Below, in pieces: positions 30,150-40,392 of a stretch of 64,000 nucleotides of DNA (within the stretch, counting starts at the first letter, position 1; each line of letters starts with the position of its first letter). The position numbers and the translations under genes are program-made. Under the pieces are notes generated by a model. That model was not told the DNA's origin, did no database searches, and was given only the letters and a program-made list of their open reading frames with translations. The DNA is from Bacteroidales bacterium M6 (lineage in GTDB: Bacteria > Bacteroidota > Bacteroidia > Bacteroidales > Muribaculaceae), in assembly GCA_001689485.1 (NCBI GenBank), contig LUJQ01000003.1:34677-98676 (forward strand), in the 5' to 3' direction.

Positions 30150-31028
30150 ATGAAATTCGCTATAAACGGCAACCGCCACCAAGAAGGCCATTTCGACGCA
30201 ATCAACCGCCTTGTAACCACACTGCTCAAACGCGGCGACGACATCGTTATGGCCGAGCCTTTCCTAAACTACCTCACCGACAACCTGGGCGACCGCTTCG
30301 CGATAGGAATCGACTACGTGCCGCTCTCAACCCAGCCGAACGCCGACCTGGCAATCAGTATCGGCGGCGACGGGGCGTTCCTGAAAACCGCCCGATGGGT
30401 AGGGGGGAATGAAACGCCGGTGGCAGGAATCAACACCGGCCATCTCGGCTACCTGTCGGCTTTCACCTTCGAACATGCCGGTGAAATCTACGAAACGCTC
30501 CTCAATGGCCGGTTCCGCGTCGAGAACCGTTCGCTGCTTAATGTGGAAGTAACCGGCGGAGGCACCGCTCCGACGCATCTCACTGCATTAAACGAAATCG
30601 CAATCACCCGTGGCGACAACGCCGCCATGCTCAACATAGCCACCGTTATCGACAACGGCCCCTCGCTCAACTACGTGGGCGACGGCCTTATCCTTTCGAC
30701 CCCTACAGGCAGCACCGCCTACAACCTGTCGGTAGGGGGGCCGATTCTCGACCCCGAACTTGCAGGATGGGTGCTCTCGCCCATAGCAGCGCACTCACTG
30801 TCGATGCGTCCGCTGGTTGTGAAGGACTCATCCGTAATCGACATAACGGTCACAACCCGAGGCACCGGCTACCGGCTTTCAGCCGACGGGAAATCAGTAA
30901 CCCTGCCCCTCCAGGCACGCCTGCGCATAACCAAGGCACCCTACAAAGTCAAGCTCATCCTCCAGCCGTCGCACATGTTCACCGACACCCTGCGCGACAA
31001 ACTCGGGATGGGCGCCCCCCGGAAATAA
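30150..31028 (+). CDS. nadK: NAD kinase
   Basis: SIGGDGAFL, GINTGHLGYL, ALNE, GDGLILSTPTGSTAYNLS. Confidence 0.94.
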   Translation: MKFAINGNRHQEGHFDAINRLVTTLLKRGDDIVMAEPFLNYLTDNLGDRFAIGIDYVPLSTQPNADLAISIGGDGAFLKTARWVGGNETPVAGINTGHLGYLSAFTFEHAGEIYETLLNGRFRVENRSLLNVEVTGGGTAPTHLTALNEIAITRGDNAAMLNIATVIDNGPSLNYVGDGLILSTPTGSTAYNLSVGGPILDPELAGWVLSPIAAHSLSMRPLVVKDSSVIDITVTTRGTGYRLSADGKSVTLPLQARLRITKAPYKVKLILQPSHMFTDTLRDKLGMGAPRK

Positions 31029-31093
31029 CATCCTGCAAATAATCAAGCCCGTTTCTGCAGCAACCTCATCAAAAACCAAACCTCCTGGCAAAT

Positions 31094-31801
31094 ATGCCTG
31101 TCGCCGAACTACAACATGCAACACTAGGCCGCGTCGTGGTAAATACGCGCCATAACTCCCGCCACATATCCGCACGCTGGAAGAGCGGCCTTGTGAGCCT
31201 TAACGTGCCGAACGGGGTAAGGCTTCCCGACATCCACCGGGTGCTCGACGACCTCACCCCGCGCCTGCTGGCCAGCCGCCCGGAGGTAAGTTTTTACGAC
31301 GGCCAGGAGCTATGCTTCCCTTTGGTTGATTTCGTAATACGCACCCAGCGGTTCGCCCCGGCAAAAATCCTCGGCACCGCCTCCTATACAGTCTCGTCAG
31401 TGGAGGTGGGGAGCGACTGGGACTTCGATCTCGACACCACGTCAGCCGCAATCAGCGACATGCTCTGCAAAGTGGCAAGGAAAATCGCGCCGCAGGTGCT
31501 TGTGCCTAGAGCCAAAATGCTGGCATCCAAAATAGGGCGATGCCCCGTGGGGTGGACAATCTCGTCCGGGCACCGTATATTGGGACAATGCTCCTCGCAC
31601 GGCATAATATCCCTAAGCTATATCCTGGTGTTCATGCCCGAACACCTATGCGACTACATAATATACCATGAACTCGCCCACCTTACCGAAATGAACCATG
31701 GCGAGCGCTTCCATACCCTTCTCAACCAATATCTTGAAGGCCGTGAGGCAACCCTCTCGAAGGAACTCCAACGGTATTCATGGCCGGTGTTCCGAAAATG
31801 A
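31094..31801 (+). CDS. YgjP-like/M48 family (DUF45) metallohydrolase
   Basis: GQCSS, DYIIYHELAHLTEMNHGERF (HExxH). Confidence 0.85.
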   Translation: MPVAELQHATLGRVVVNTRHNSRHISARWKSGLVSLNVPNGVRLPDIHRVLDDLTPRLLASRPEVSFYDGQELCFPLVDFVIRTQRFAPAKILGTASYTVSSVEVGSDWDFDLDTTSAAISDMLCKVARKIAPQVLVPRAKMLASKIGRCPVGWTISSGHRILGQCSSHGIISLSYILVFMPEHLCDYIIYHELAHLTEMNHGERFHTLLNQYLEGREATLSKELQRYSWPVFRK

Positions 31802-31997
31802 CAAATACCCGCACCCCCTTCTACTACATGTGACAGATGTAACGCAACGGTCAAACATGATAAATTTATAACACAAAAATAATACAAAAAGGTAACCACA
31901 TTGCCCATACCACCCTTTTTGTTTACTTTTGACACCGTAATAAACCGTCAATCCACGAAGTTACAACTTCTTCTAATTCCGGGAAGGAATTAACCGC

Positions 31998-32405
31998 ATG
32001 ATTACTACAGACCATAGCATTATAAACACTTCATTGCAAGGTCGCGTTTTGGTGGTTGACAATGACAACACCATATGCGAGATGATCAGGAGCCACTTCG
32101 GCCCTGATGGTTTTGTTGTGGACTCATGTTCCGAACTCGATGACCTATACTCTATAGAACTGACCGACTACCAATTGATAATAATAGACCTCAGTTCAGA
32201 TGAAGAATCCGGCTTGGGGCTGGTAGAACAAATCAAACAAAGGCGTAGTACCGCCTCGATAGGCGTTATAACCTGCTCGGTCAACATGTCGCCCACAACA
32301 ATTATCAACGCTTTGAACGCTGGTGCCGACGATTACCTGCTCAAACCCTTCTCATTGCGCGAGCTGATGGCACGCGTACGCTCAGTTCTCCGCCGTCAGC
32401 TATAA
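31998..32405 (+). CDS. Stand-alone response regulator receiver domain
   Basis: VLVVDND, LIIIDL, GADDYLLKPFSLRELMARVRSVLRR then stop; TACTTTTG promoter at 31924-31931. Confidence 0.82.
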   Translation: MITTDHSIINTSLQGRVLVVDNDNTICEMIRSHFGPDGFVVDSCSELDDLYSIELTDYQLIIIDLSSDEESGLGLVEQIKQRRSTASIGVITCSVNMSPTTIINALNAGADDYLLKPFSLRELMARVRSVLRRQL

Positions 32406-32543
32406 TCAACCGAATAATTGGCCGTTTGGCAGAGATTTATTAATTTTGCTCGTAGCAACGACGAACCATACCCGCACCGGCCGGGCATGATTCGCTGTTT
32501 TTGCGTACATACAAAGCAACCCTACCCCATTTCACAAACCGAT

Positions 32544-35162
32544 ATGACAACCGACATCAAGGATAAATTCCGCAACATCGCCCAAAACCTCTCCGCCATG
32601 TTGCGACGTCCACAATTCCTGGGATTCATTGCCAGTCTGGCGGTAATTGCCATTATATCATTGGCTTACTTCTATCCCGACGCCACACTTGGCAACGAGC
32701 TGCGCCAGCACGACATGCAGCAGGGTGCCGCAATCGGGCAGGAAGCCAAAGCATATACGGAGGCAACGGGAGCAGAGCAGCCCCGGTGGACAAACTCCCT
32801 CTTCTCAGGCATGCCCACATTCCAGATTTCCCCCTCCTACCCATCCGACAACCTTTTCAGCTGGATAAACACGGTTTACGGGGCAGGGCTACCCTCCCCT
32901 TCCAACCTGCTTTTCATGATGATGACAGGGTTCCTTATCCTGATGGCGGCACTTAAAGTCAGATGGTACTACGGGCTTATCGGGGCGATTGCCTGGGGCT
33001 TTTCCACCTATTTCATCATCATAATCGGTGCCGGTCATATCTGGAAATTCGTGACCCTGGCATATATCCCGCCGACAATAGCCGGTGTAATGATGGCCTA
33101 CCGGGGGCGCTGGTTGATGGGGAGCGCGCTGGCGGCACTGTTTGCAATGATGCAGATTCACAACAACCACGTGCAGATGAGCTACTATTTCATATTTGTC
33201 ATAGCGGGGCTTGTGATAGCATATCTTTTCCATGCCTTCCGCCGTAAGGAAATCAGTAAGTGGCTGAAGGCCACCGGCGCCCTGGCCGTCGCCGCATTAC
33301 TGGCCGTCGCTGCCAACCTGCCAAACCTCTACAACACCTATAAGTATGCCGCCGAATCAATGCGCGGCAGCCATTCAGAGCTTACCGACCCCGATGCCGC
33401 CACAAAAGGGGAAAAAACATCGGGCCTCGACCGCGACTACATAACCCAATACAGCTACGGGCGCTCCGAAACCTTCACCCTCCTCATCCCCGACATCAAG
33501 GGAGGGGCATCGGTAGTGCCGGGCGACGGCGGCCTGCGCCCGGCATCACTGCTCGACCTCCCAGGCGCCGACGAGGCCATAGCTTCCGCCGGGCTTAACG
33601 AAGGTGAATACCAATACATTGCCAATTACGTAAGCCGCTATTTCGGCGAGCCTGAAGGAACAAACGGGCCGGTGTATGTAGGGGTTATAATCTTCACGCT
33701 GTTCCTTCTCGGATGCTTCATCATAAAAGGCCCCGTGAAATGGGCGCTGCTTGTTCTTACGCTCCTGTCGGTGTTTCTTGCCTTGGGACGCAACATGCAA
33801 TGGTTCACCGACCTGTTTATCGACTACATGCCGATGTATGCCAGATTCCGCACTGTCGAGAGCATACTCGTCATCGCCGAATTCACCATCCCACTGCTTG
33901 CAATCATAACCCTCCAGACGCTGCTCACCACCCCCGGGGCGCTAAAAAAATGGAGCGCCCAAATCTACACGGCATTCGGGCTTACCGCCCTGATATGCGT
34001 GGCCGGATGGCTCTTCCCCGGCATTTACGGGCCGGCCATCACCCAAGGCGACATGCAGATTTCCAACATGCTAGGCTATCAGTTAAGCCAGGCCGGCTAT
34101 CCGGCTGAGGCAATAGGGATGTTTTCCATCAACAATCCCGTCATAGCCTCGGCGGTTGAAAAGCTGCGCTATTCGATGGTCAGCTCCGACTCGCTGCGCT
34201 CGCTTATATTCATCCTGCTGGCATTCGGGGCGGTAATGCTCACAGTCACAGGTAAAATAAAGTCCTGGATGGGAGCCGCCGCGATAGGCATACTGGTGGT
34301 GGCCGACCTCTACCCGGTCAACAAACGCTACCTCAACCACGAAAGCTTCTGCACACCACAGGTAACAGCATCCGACCCGTTCCCCCTCAGCGAAAACGAC
34401 CGCAAAATCCTTGCCGACACGGCAATGAACTACCGCGTGATGGATGTGCCAAGGTTCTACCAGGCCGCACCATCCTACCATCATAAGGCCGTAGGCGGTT
34501 ACCATGCCGCCAAACTGACACGCTACCAGGATCTCATCGACCGGCATCTGTCGCATTTCACCTCAGGCAACCCCGACGAAGCCGATTTCCGCGTGCTGAA
34601 TATGCTCAATGCACGCTATTTCATCGACCAGGAAGGCAGGCTAAGCTATAATCCCGACGCCCTCGGCAATGCATGGTTCGTCAGCAAGGTCGGCTACGTT
34701 CCTACCCCAGATGCAGAGATGGAAGCATTGCAGACACTCGACCCGGCAACCGAGGCCGTTGCCGATATGCGGTTCCGTGACATACTCGGCGACGCCACAG
34801 GGACTGTAGCCCCCGGCGATACCATCTACGAGACATCATATGCCCCTGACCGCCTGACATATGCGGCAACAACCGCCCATGGAGGGGTAGCCGTGTTCTC
34901 CGAGGTGTTCTTCCCATGGGGATGGGAATGCACAATCGACGGCAAACCGGCCGAGCTTGGCCGCGTAAACTACCTGTTGCGCGCAGTGCGGATACCTGCC
35001 GGAAAACACGCCGTAGAAATGACTTTCCGTCCCGAATCGGTACGTGCAACCGTGAGCTGTGCACGTATAAGCGTAATCCTGATTTACCTGCTGCTTGCCA
35101 TGGCCGTTGTCAGCTCCTTGATGAGAACCCCGAAACAGGAAGAAAACCATGAAGAAGCTTGA
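32544..35162 (+). CDS. YfhO family membrane protein (GT-C-like)
   Basis: QHDMQQ, WTNSLFSGMP, NHVQMSYY, GPVYVG, GGYHAAKL, VFSEVFFPWGW; TAATTTTG promoter at 32441-32448 favours ATG at 32544. Confidence 0.88.
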   Translation: MTTDIKDKFRNIAQNLSAMLRRPQFLGFIASLAVIAIISLAYFYPDATLGNELRQHDMQQGAAIGQEAKAYTEATGAEQPRWTNSLFSGMPTFQISPSYPSDNLFSWINTVYGAGLPSPSNLLFMMMTGFLILMAALKVRWYYGLIGAIAWGFSTYFIIIIGAGHIWKFVTLAYIPPTIAGVMMAYRGRWLMGSALAALFAMMQIHNNHVQMSYYFIFVIAGLVIAYLFHAFRRKEISKWLKATGALAVAALLAVAANLPNLYNTYKYAAESMRGSHSELTDPDAATKGEKTSGLDRDYITQYSYGRSETFTLLIPDIKGGASVVPGDGGLRPASLLDLPGADEAIASAGLNEGEYQYIANYVSRYFGEPEGTNGPVYVGVIIFTLFLLGCFIIKGPVKWALLVLTLLSVFLALGRNMQWFTDLFIDYMPMYARFRTVESILVIAEFTIPLLAIITLQTLLTTPGALKKWSAQIYTAFGLTALICVAGWLFPGIYGPAITQGDMQISNMLGYQLSQAGYPAEAIGMFSINNPVIASAVEKLRYSMVSSDSLRSLIFILLAFGAVMLTVTGKIKSWMGAAAIGILVVADLYPVNKRYLNHESFCTPQVTASDPFPLSENDRKILADTAMNYRVMDVPRFYQAAPSYHHKAVGGYHAAKLTRYQDLIDRHLSHFTSGNPDEADFRVLNMLNARYFIDQEGRLSYNPDALGNAWFVSKVGYVPTPDAEMEALQTLDPATEAVADMRFRDILGDATGTVAPGDTIYETSYAPDRLTYAATTAHGGVAVFSEVFFPWGWECTIDGKPAELGRVNYLLRAVRIPAGKHAVEMTFRPESVRATVSCARISVILIYLLLAMAVVSSLMRTPKQEENHEEA

Positions 35163-35781
35163 CCGACTTATGTCATACCCGGCCCGGTGGCGGCGCAGCC
35201 GGGGGTTCGGCGTCCATTCGCCGTTTGCCTATCACTTCATAACCAAGGTCCTGAGGGAAAAGGACGCCGAATACTACGCCTATGCCGAAATCGCCGCATT
35301 CTGCCCAAGGGCAAGGCGTGCGGGGTTTAACGAAATCTTTGCCGGGAAAGATATGTCGGTGCCTGAGGCACATATGCTTTTCAGGGTACTCTGCCATTTC
35401 AACCCTACGGAAATCATAGAAATAGGCCACGGCCACGAAGTGACCAACATCATCATAGAAAGGGCAGTGCCACAGGCGAAAACAGTAACATGGCATCCGG
35501 GCAAGCATATAGAACCGTCGAAAGGCATAACACCATTCATCCTGATCAACCAGGTTTCAAAAGACCACTACGACGAAATCCATTCCTACCTGATAGGACA
35601 CCTCTCGGACGAGGAAGCCGTGGTAGTTGTCAGAAACCTGCCTAACCTCCCCGCAAACAGGCGCCTATGGCAGGAACTGACGGCATCACTTAACTTCGGG
35701 ATGGGATTTTCCGACAACTATATGGGAATCTTCGTGGGACTGCATTCGCTACCCCGCCAAAACTATGAAATAATCCTGTGA
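35149..35781 (+). CDS. Conserved hypothetical protein (degenerate methyltransferase-like)
   Basis: RSRGFGVHSPFAY N-terminal motif, IIEIG; overlaps both neighbours. Confidence 0.6.
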   Translation: MKKLDRLMSYPARWRRSRGFGVHSPFAYHFITKVLREKDAEYYAYAEIAAFCPRARRAGFNEIFAGKDMSVPEAHMLFRVLCHFNPTEIIEIGHGHEVTNIIIERAVPQAKTVTWHPGKHIEPSKGITPFILINQVSKDHYDEIHSYLIGHLSDEEAVVVVRNLPNLPANRRLWQELTASLNFGMGFSDNYMGIFVGLHSLPRQNYEIIL

Positions 35782-36701
35782 GGGGCATTCACGACATCGA
35801 CGCCATATGCCGCGAATTTCGCGGCTATCTCGCTTTGCAGAGGGGATTCTCACCACACACACTAGATGCCTATCTTCGCGATGTAAACAAGCTTCTCGCC
35901 TATCTTTCGGACGAGGGTGTGGCCTTACGTGACACAGACTACGGGATTTTGCAGAATTTCGCTGCCGCAATCTACGACCTCGGCATTGCCGCCGCATCAC
36001 GCAAACGGGTGCTATGCGGCATAAAGACATTCTTCAAATTCCTTAAAAGCGCCGGATATACCGACAACGACCCCTCGATGCTTCTTGAAACACCCAGGCT
36101 GGGACGGGCGCTGCCCGACGTGCTGTCGGTCGAGGAAATCGACATGATAATCAACGCCATCGACCCCGCGACCGCAGAAGCCGAACGCAACCGCGCCATC
36201 ATAGAGACCCTTTACGGATGCGGCCTGCGTGTTTCGGAACTTGTCGACCTGGAAATCACACGCGTAGCCCTCGATGACGAATATATCATCGTGCGAGGCA
36301 AAGGGAACAAAGAGCGCATGGTGCCCATGTCGCCTGTTGCCGCCGGATGCATCCGCAACTATATCGAAGGGAGCCGTGGCGACATAGTGGTAAAACCCGA
36401 GGCGGCCAACATACTTTTCCTGAACCGGCGCGGCAACCGCCTCACGCGCCAAATGGTGTTCATCATGCTGCGCCGCCTGGCCGAGGCGGCCGATATCCAC
36501 AAAAAAATCTCCCCGCACACCCTGCGCCACTCCTTCGCCACCCACCTGCTCGAAGGTGGTGCCAACCTGCGCGCAATCCAGCAGATGCTCGGCCATGAAA
36601 GCATCTCGACCACCGAAATCTACCTGCACACCGACAACACCCGCCTGCGCGAGGAAATCCTACTCCATCACCCAAGGAATATGGGCGGGAGGAGAAGTTG
36701 A
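35778..36701 (+). CDS. xerD: Site-specific tyrosine recombinase XerD/XerC
   Basis: SPHTLDAYLRD, LYGCGLRVSEL, GKGNKER, PHTLRHSFATHLL, LGHESISTTEIY. Confidence 0.88.
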   Translation: MRGIHDIDAICREFRGYLALQRGFSPHTLDAYLRDVNKLLAYLSDEGVALRDTDYGILQNFAAAIYDLGIAAASRKRVLCGIKTFFKFLKSAGYTDNDPSMLLETPRLGRALPDVLSVEEIDMIINAIDPATAEAERNRAIIETLYGCGLRVSELVDLEITRVALDDEYIIVRGKGNKERMVPMSPVAAGCIRNYIEGSRGDIVVKPEAANILFLNRRGNRLTRQMVFIMLRRLAEAADIHKKISPHTLRHSFATHLLEGGANLRAIQQMLGHESISTTEIYLHTDNTRLREEILLHHPRNMGGRRS

Positions 36702-36853
36702 GAAATTTAGAAGTTTAGAAGTTTAGAAGTTTAGAAACTATGCGTATAGGTTGATAACCTACAAAATGTGGCAAGCAGTTCTGAAACTGAGAAAATAAAC
36801 TGGCCTTACTACCGGCCACCTTAACTTCCTAACTTCTTAACTTCTTAACTTCC
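36693..36853. repeat. Two inverted octamer arrays between xerD and mscS
   Basis: AGAARTTK x5 at 36693-36732 and TAACTTCY x4 at 36822-36853. Confidence 0.8.
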
Positions 36854-38038
36854 AACCTCCTCATCCTGCGGCGGCACAAAGTCGCGGCCGGCAGGGGTTT
36901 GGAAAACAGACAGGCCGAAATGCCCCACAACGGCATATACATGGTCGAACACATCTGCCTGAATCCGCTCATACTCCTTCCATGCCGTTGTTCGCGTGAA
37001 GAAGTATAGCTGCAAAGGCAGCCCCGAAGTGGTCGGGTCGAGCTGCCGCACCATGTACGTAAGTTCGGGATTCACCTCGGGATGCATAGCCAGATAGCGG
37101 TCAAGATAGCGACGGAGCAACTGAAGGTTGACAATGTGACCGGCATCGGCCATGTCAATCCCCTCAAGCCATCCCCTGGCGCGCAGATGCTCCAGTTCCT
37201 CGCGTGTGCAGAACCTTACCGTGTTGACATCCACATAAAAAGCCCGGCATACACGCCTGCCCCCCGACACCTGCATAGGCTGATAATTCTGAAAAGAATC
37301 CGAAACAAGCGAATACGGCGGAACCGTGGTGACAGTGTTATCCCAGTTGCGCACCTTAACCGTCGACAGCGACACATCGACCACCTCCCCGTTGGCGTTA
37401 TGCTTCGGCACCACAATCCAGTCACCTTTACGAAGCATATTGTTGGCCGTAAGCTGCACACTGGCGACAAGGCCGAGGATTGTGTCCTTGAAAACCAGCA
37501 TCAGCACCGCAGCCGATGCACCCAAGGCCGTTAGAATCGCAACAGGGGTCTTCCCGATGAGGATGCTCAGGGCAATAATCACCGCAACACCTATAACGAT
37601 TAGTTTGAACATCTGGAAGATGCCTTTCACCGCATATGCATGCAGCTTCCCCCGCTTGGTGAAAGCCAGATACAGGTTGTCGATGAATATCACCAGAATC
37701 ATCACGATAGCCCAAAGGATATAGAGCGACGTCAACCCGTCAAGCCACATCACCGAACCGGGACTATCGCCAAAGCATCGCGGAAGCATCCACGCAACCA
37801 CTATTGCCGGGGCAAGCTGCGAAACAGCCCGCAGAAAGCGCGGCGTGAGAAGGTCGTCGTCCCATTCGGTAGGGCTGCGCAGAATAAGACGCTCGATTAC
37901 CTGCAACAGCACGCGGGTAACATAATAGGCGGCAACGGCACACACCACAATCAATAGCGCCATCAGGCCATCCACAGCCACCTGGTGGAAAGGCCCCTGG
38001 ACCACACCTCCAAACAATTCCCTGATATAGCCAATCAT
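36845..38038 (-). CDS. Mechanosensitive ion channel MscS family (YbdG-like)
   Basis: LGASAAVLMLVFKDTILGLVAS, GDWI, VRNWDNT, GGRR, GLPLQLYFF. Confidence 0.92.
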   Translation of the reverse strand: MIGYIRELFGGVVQGPFHQVAVDGLMALLIVVCAVAAYYVTRVLLQVIERLILRSPTEWDDDLLTPRFLRAVSQLAPAIVVAWMLPRCFGDSPGSVMWLDGLTSLYILWAIVMILVIFIDNLYLAFTKRGKLHAYAVKGIFQMFKLIVIGVAVIIALSILIGKTPVAILTALGASAAVLMLVFKDTILGLVASVQLTANNMLRKGDWIVVPKHNANGEVVDVSLSTVKVRNWDNTVTTVPPYSLVSDSFQNYQPMQVSGGRRVCRAFYVDVNTVRFCTREELEHLRARGWLEGIDMADAGHIVNLQLLRRYLDRYLAMHPEVNPELTYMVRQLDPTTSGLPLQLYFFTRTTAWKEYERIQADVFDHVYAVVGHFGLSVFQTPAGRDFVPPQDEEVGS

Positions 38039-38257
38039 AACACGTTATACATTGAAGTTATTTATCCATGTGAAGTTATTTATCGCAAAACTACAAAAAA
38101 ACGGCCACAAAGCCATAACACATACCGCTGCACGCCCGGTTCACTGCTTTTGGAAATGACAGATGCGGTGCCTGGATTTTACTTTGCGCAATCCCGGGTA
38201 TTGTTGTAATTTTGCAACGAAGCAACAACCGCTTCATCCATTATATTTTCACACATC

Positions 38258-38698
38258 ATGAGAAAACTTACCAGAATCACATCAATGCTGGCGTCGGCAC
38301 TGGTTGCCGTTGCACTCACCGCCTGCGGCGGCTCAAAAAGCGCCGACAACGCCGACGGCACCCGGACCGAACTAACACCCCAGCAGGAACGCCACCTGAA
38401 AGGGCTGGAAATGGAAATCAACAAACTCAACAAGCAGCTTCCTATGGAGACGGGCGACGGGCTTACACTTACCAAAATGGAACTGACTGACGGATATATG
38501 GTCAGCACATGCACCTATCCTGCCGACAGCGACCTCGAAATCGACAACTCCCCCGAAAGCAAGGCCGCAATCCTACAGACAGCCGGTGCCGCCACCGTCA
38601 AACGCATTAAAGACCTCAATATCGGCCTGAAATATATCTACCAGGAAGAAGGCACAGGCAAGACCCAGGAAATAGTAATCACCCCTGAGGAAATGTAA
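38258..38698 (+). CDS. Hypothetical lipoprotein
   Basis: Lipobox LTAC; TAATTTTG promoter at 38207-38214. Confidence 0.75.
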   Translation: MRKLTRITSMLASALVAVALTACGGSKSADNADGTRTELTPQQERHLKGLEMEINKLNKQLPMETGDGLTLTKMELTDGYMVSTCTYPADSDLEIDNSPESKAAILQTAGAATVKRIKDLNIGLKYIYQEEGTGKTQEIVITPEEM

Positions 38699-38768
38699 CA
38701 CAGCCGCATCCTGCGGCAACAGGACTAAGAGATTGTCTAAAATCCATAGAGAATCTGACGAAAAAATC

Positions 38769-38809
38769 AAGCCGGTATGTCAAAATTCAGAATTTTGACA
38801 TACCGGCTT
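38769..38809. repeat. Intergenic palindrome family copy 1 (terminator-like)
   Basis: AAGCCGGTATGTCAAAATTC-A-GAATTTTGACATACCGGCTT. Confidence 0.75.
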
Positions 38810-38913
38810 TTCAATGGTCATGTCGACCATCCCGTAAATCGGGCGTATGGCAGATTCGCCAATAAGGCCGACTGTTACTTTACCCCCAGGTTAAAAACAC
38901 CAACAAATACACT

Positions 38914-40113
38914 CTATATAGTTCTTCCCGGATAGGTTTGCAGCGCCTTTTCAAGCACTACGAGCGCACGTGCTAGGTCGTCTTTCGAAAGCACATAGGC
39001 CATACGCACCTCGTTTCGGCCAAGACCGGGTGTGGTGTAGAACCCTGAGGCAGGAGCCATAAACACGGTTTCCCCCTCATAGTCGAAATCGCTCAGACAC
39101 CATTGGCAGAAACGGTCGGCATCGTCGACAGGTAGGCTCACAACCGTGTAAAACGCACCCATGGGGATTGGGGAATAACATCCGGGGAGGCGGTTGATGC
39201 CGTCGATGAGGAATTTGCGCCGCTCCACATATTCGTTATATGTCATCAGCATATAATCCTCCGGGGCGTCAATCGACGCCTCGGCAACAATCTGCCCCAG
39301 CAGGGGCGGGCTCAGACGTGCCTGGCAGAATTTTATAAGGTTTTTTTTCAGCTCCTTGTGCTTCGTTATAATCGCCCCGACGCGGATGCCGCACTCACTG
39401 TAGCGCTTTGAAACGGAATCAATCAGCACCACCTGGCCCTCAATCCCCGCGAGGTGGAATGCAGAGATATACGGGGCACCGGTGTAGCAGAACTCACGGT
39501 AAACCTCGTCGGAATAGAGGAACAGGTCGTAACGTTTCACGATGTCGCGCAGCTGCTCCATCTCCCGCCGCGTGTACAGATAGCCTGTGGGATTGTTGGG
39601 ATTGCAGATAAGTATCCCCTTTGTGCGCGGGGTAATCAGCTCCTCGAACTTTTCAACCGGCGGCAGGGCGAACCCTGTGTCGATAGTCGACGGGACTGTA
39701 ACGATTTTCGCCCCTGCGGAAATGGCAAAAGCCATATAATTGGCATACGCAGGCTCCGGCACTATAATCTCGTCGCCCGGGTCGAGTGTGGCCATAAAGG
39801 CGAACAACACCGCTTCCGACCCTCCCGAAGTAACGATTATATCGTCGACCTCCACATCTATCTTAAACCTGCTGTAATAGTCCTTCAACTTCACACGCAG
39901 CGACAACAAGCCCTCCGACGGGCTGTATTCCAACACTTTCCTGTCAATTTTGCGCAAAGCCTCCAACGCCACTTCAGGCGTAGGGATATCGGGCTGGCCG
40001 ATGTTCAGATGATGGACTTTTATGCCACGTGCCTTTGCTGCATTAGCCAGCGGCACAAGCTTGCGGATTGGTGAAGCGGGCATTATTTCGCCACGCTGGG
40101 ATATAGTCGGCAT
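38914..40113 (-). CDS. PLP-dependent class I aminotransferase (aspartate aminotransferase-like)
   Basis: LNIGQPD, CNPNNPTG, SDEVYREF, DSVSKRYSECGIRVG; start at MPTIS. Confidence 0.92.
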   Translation of the reverse strand: MPTISQRGEIMPASPIRKLVPLANAAKARGIKVHHLNIGQPDIPTPEVALEALRKIDRKVLEYSPSEGLLSLRVKLKDYYSRFKIDVEVDDIIVTSGGSEAVLFAFMATLDPGDEIIVPEPAYANYMAFAISAGAKIVTVPSTIDTGFALPPVEKFEELITPRTKGILICNPNNPTGYLYTRREMEQLRDIVKRYDLFLYSDEVYREFCYTGAPYISAFHLAGIEGQVVLIDSVSKRYSECGIRVGAIITKHKELKKNLIKFCQARLSPPLLGQIVAEASIDAPEDYMLMTYNEYVERRKFLIDGINRLPGCYSPIPMGAFYTVVSLPVDDADRFCQWCLSDFDYEGETVFMAPASGFYTTPGLGRNEVRMAYVLSKDDLARALVVLEKALQTYPGRTI

Positions 40114-40286
40114 TATCAAAGATTTTTCAATGAGGTTATTCAAAAACTTTTCGGTGAAACCGGATATAACCTCCCGATATATTTCACATTTTGGAAACCT
40201 TGAAGAAACACGCCATAAGGGATTCTTCATTAAGACATACAAAATTACTTCAACTTGGGTTCATTACCAAACAGTATATAAAAAAA

Positions 40287-40323
40287 AGCGGTGTGCCAAA
40301 ATATTGAATTTTGGCACACCGCT
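40287..40323. repeat. Intergenic palindrome family copy 2; likely terminator of the C10 peptidase gene
   Basis: AGCGGTGTGCCAAAAT...ATTTTGGCACACCGCT preceded by an A-run. Confidence 0.75.
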
Positions 40324-40392
40324 GTGGTTTTCGCCCGGATGGCGAGGGTGCTGTCAGATATCAGGTCAATATAATTTCCCAAATATGGTGTG

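Noticed and set aside
32418..32543. N-terminal extensions in the ORF track (yfhO 32418, fucI 51348, aminotransferase 40242, kinase 24520)
   Set aside because: Promoter boxes or family N-termini point to downstream ATGs
35778..36701. Tyrosine recombinase as a phage or ICE integrase
   Set aside because: Size and motifs fit chromosomal XerD/C, it is translationally coupled to upstream genes, and no att sites or cargo were seen
36693..36853. Octamer arrays as a CRISPR array
   Set aside because: 8-bp tandem units without spacers and no cas genes
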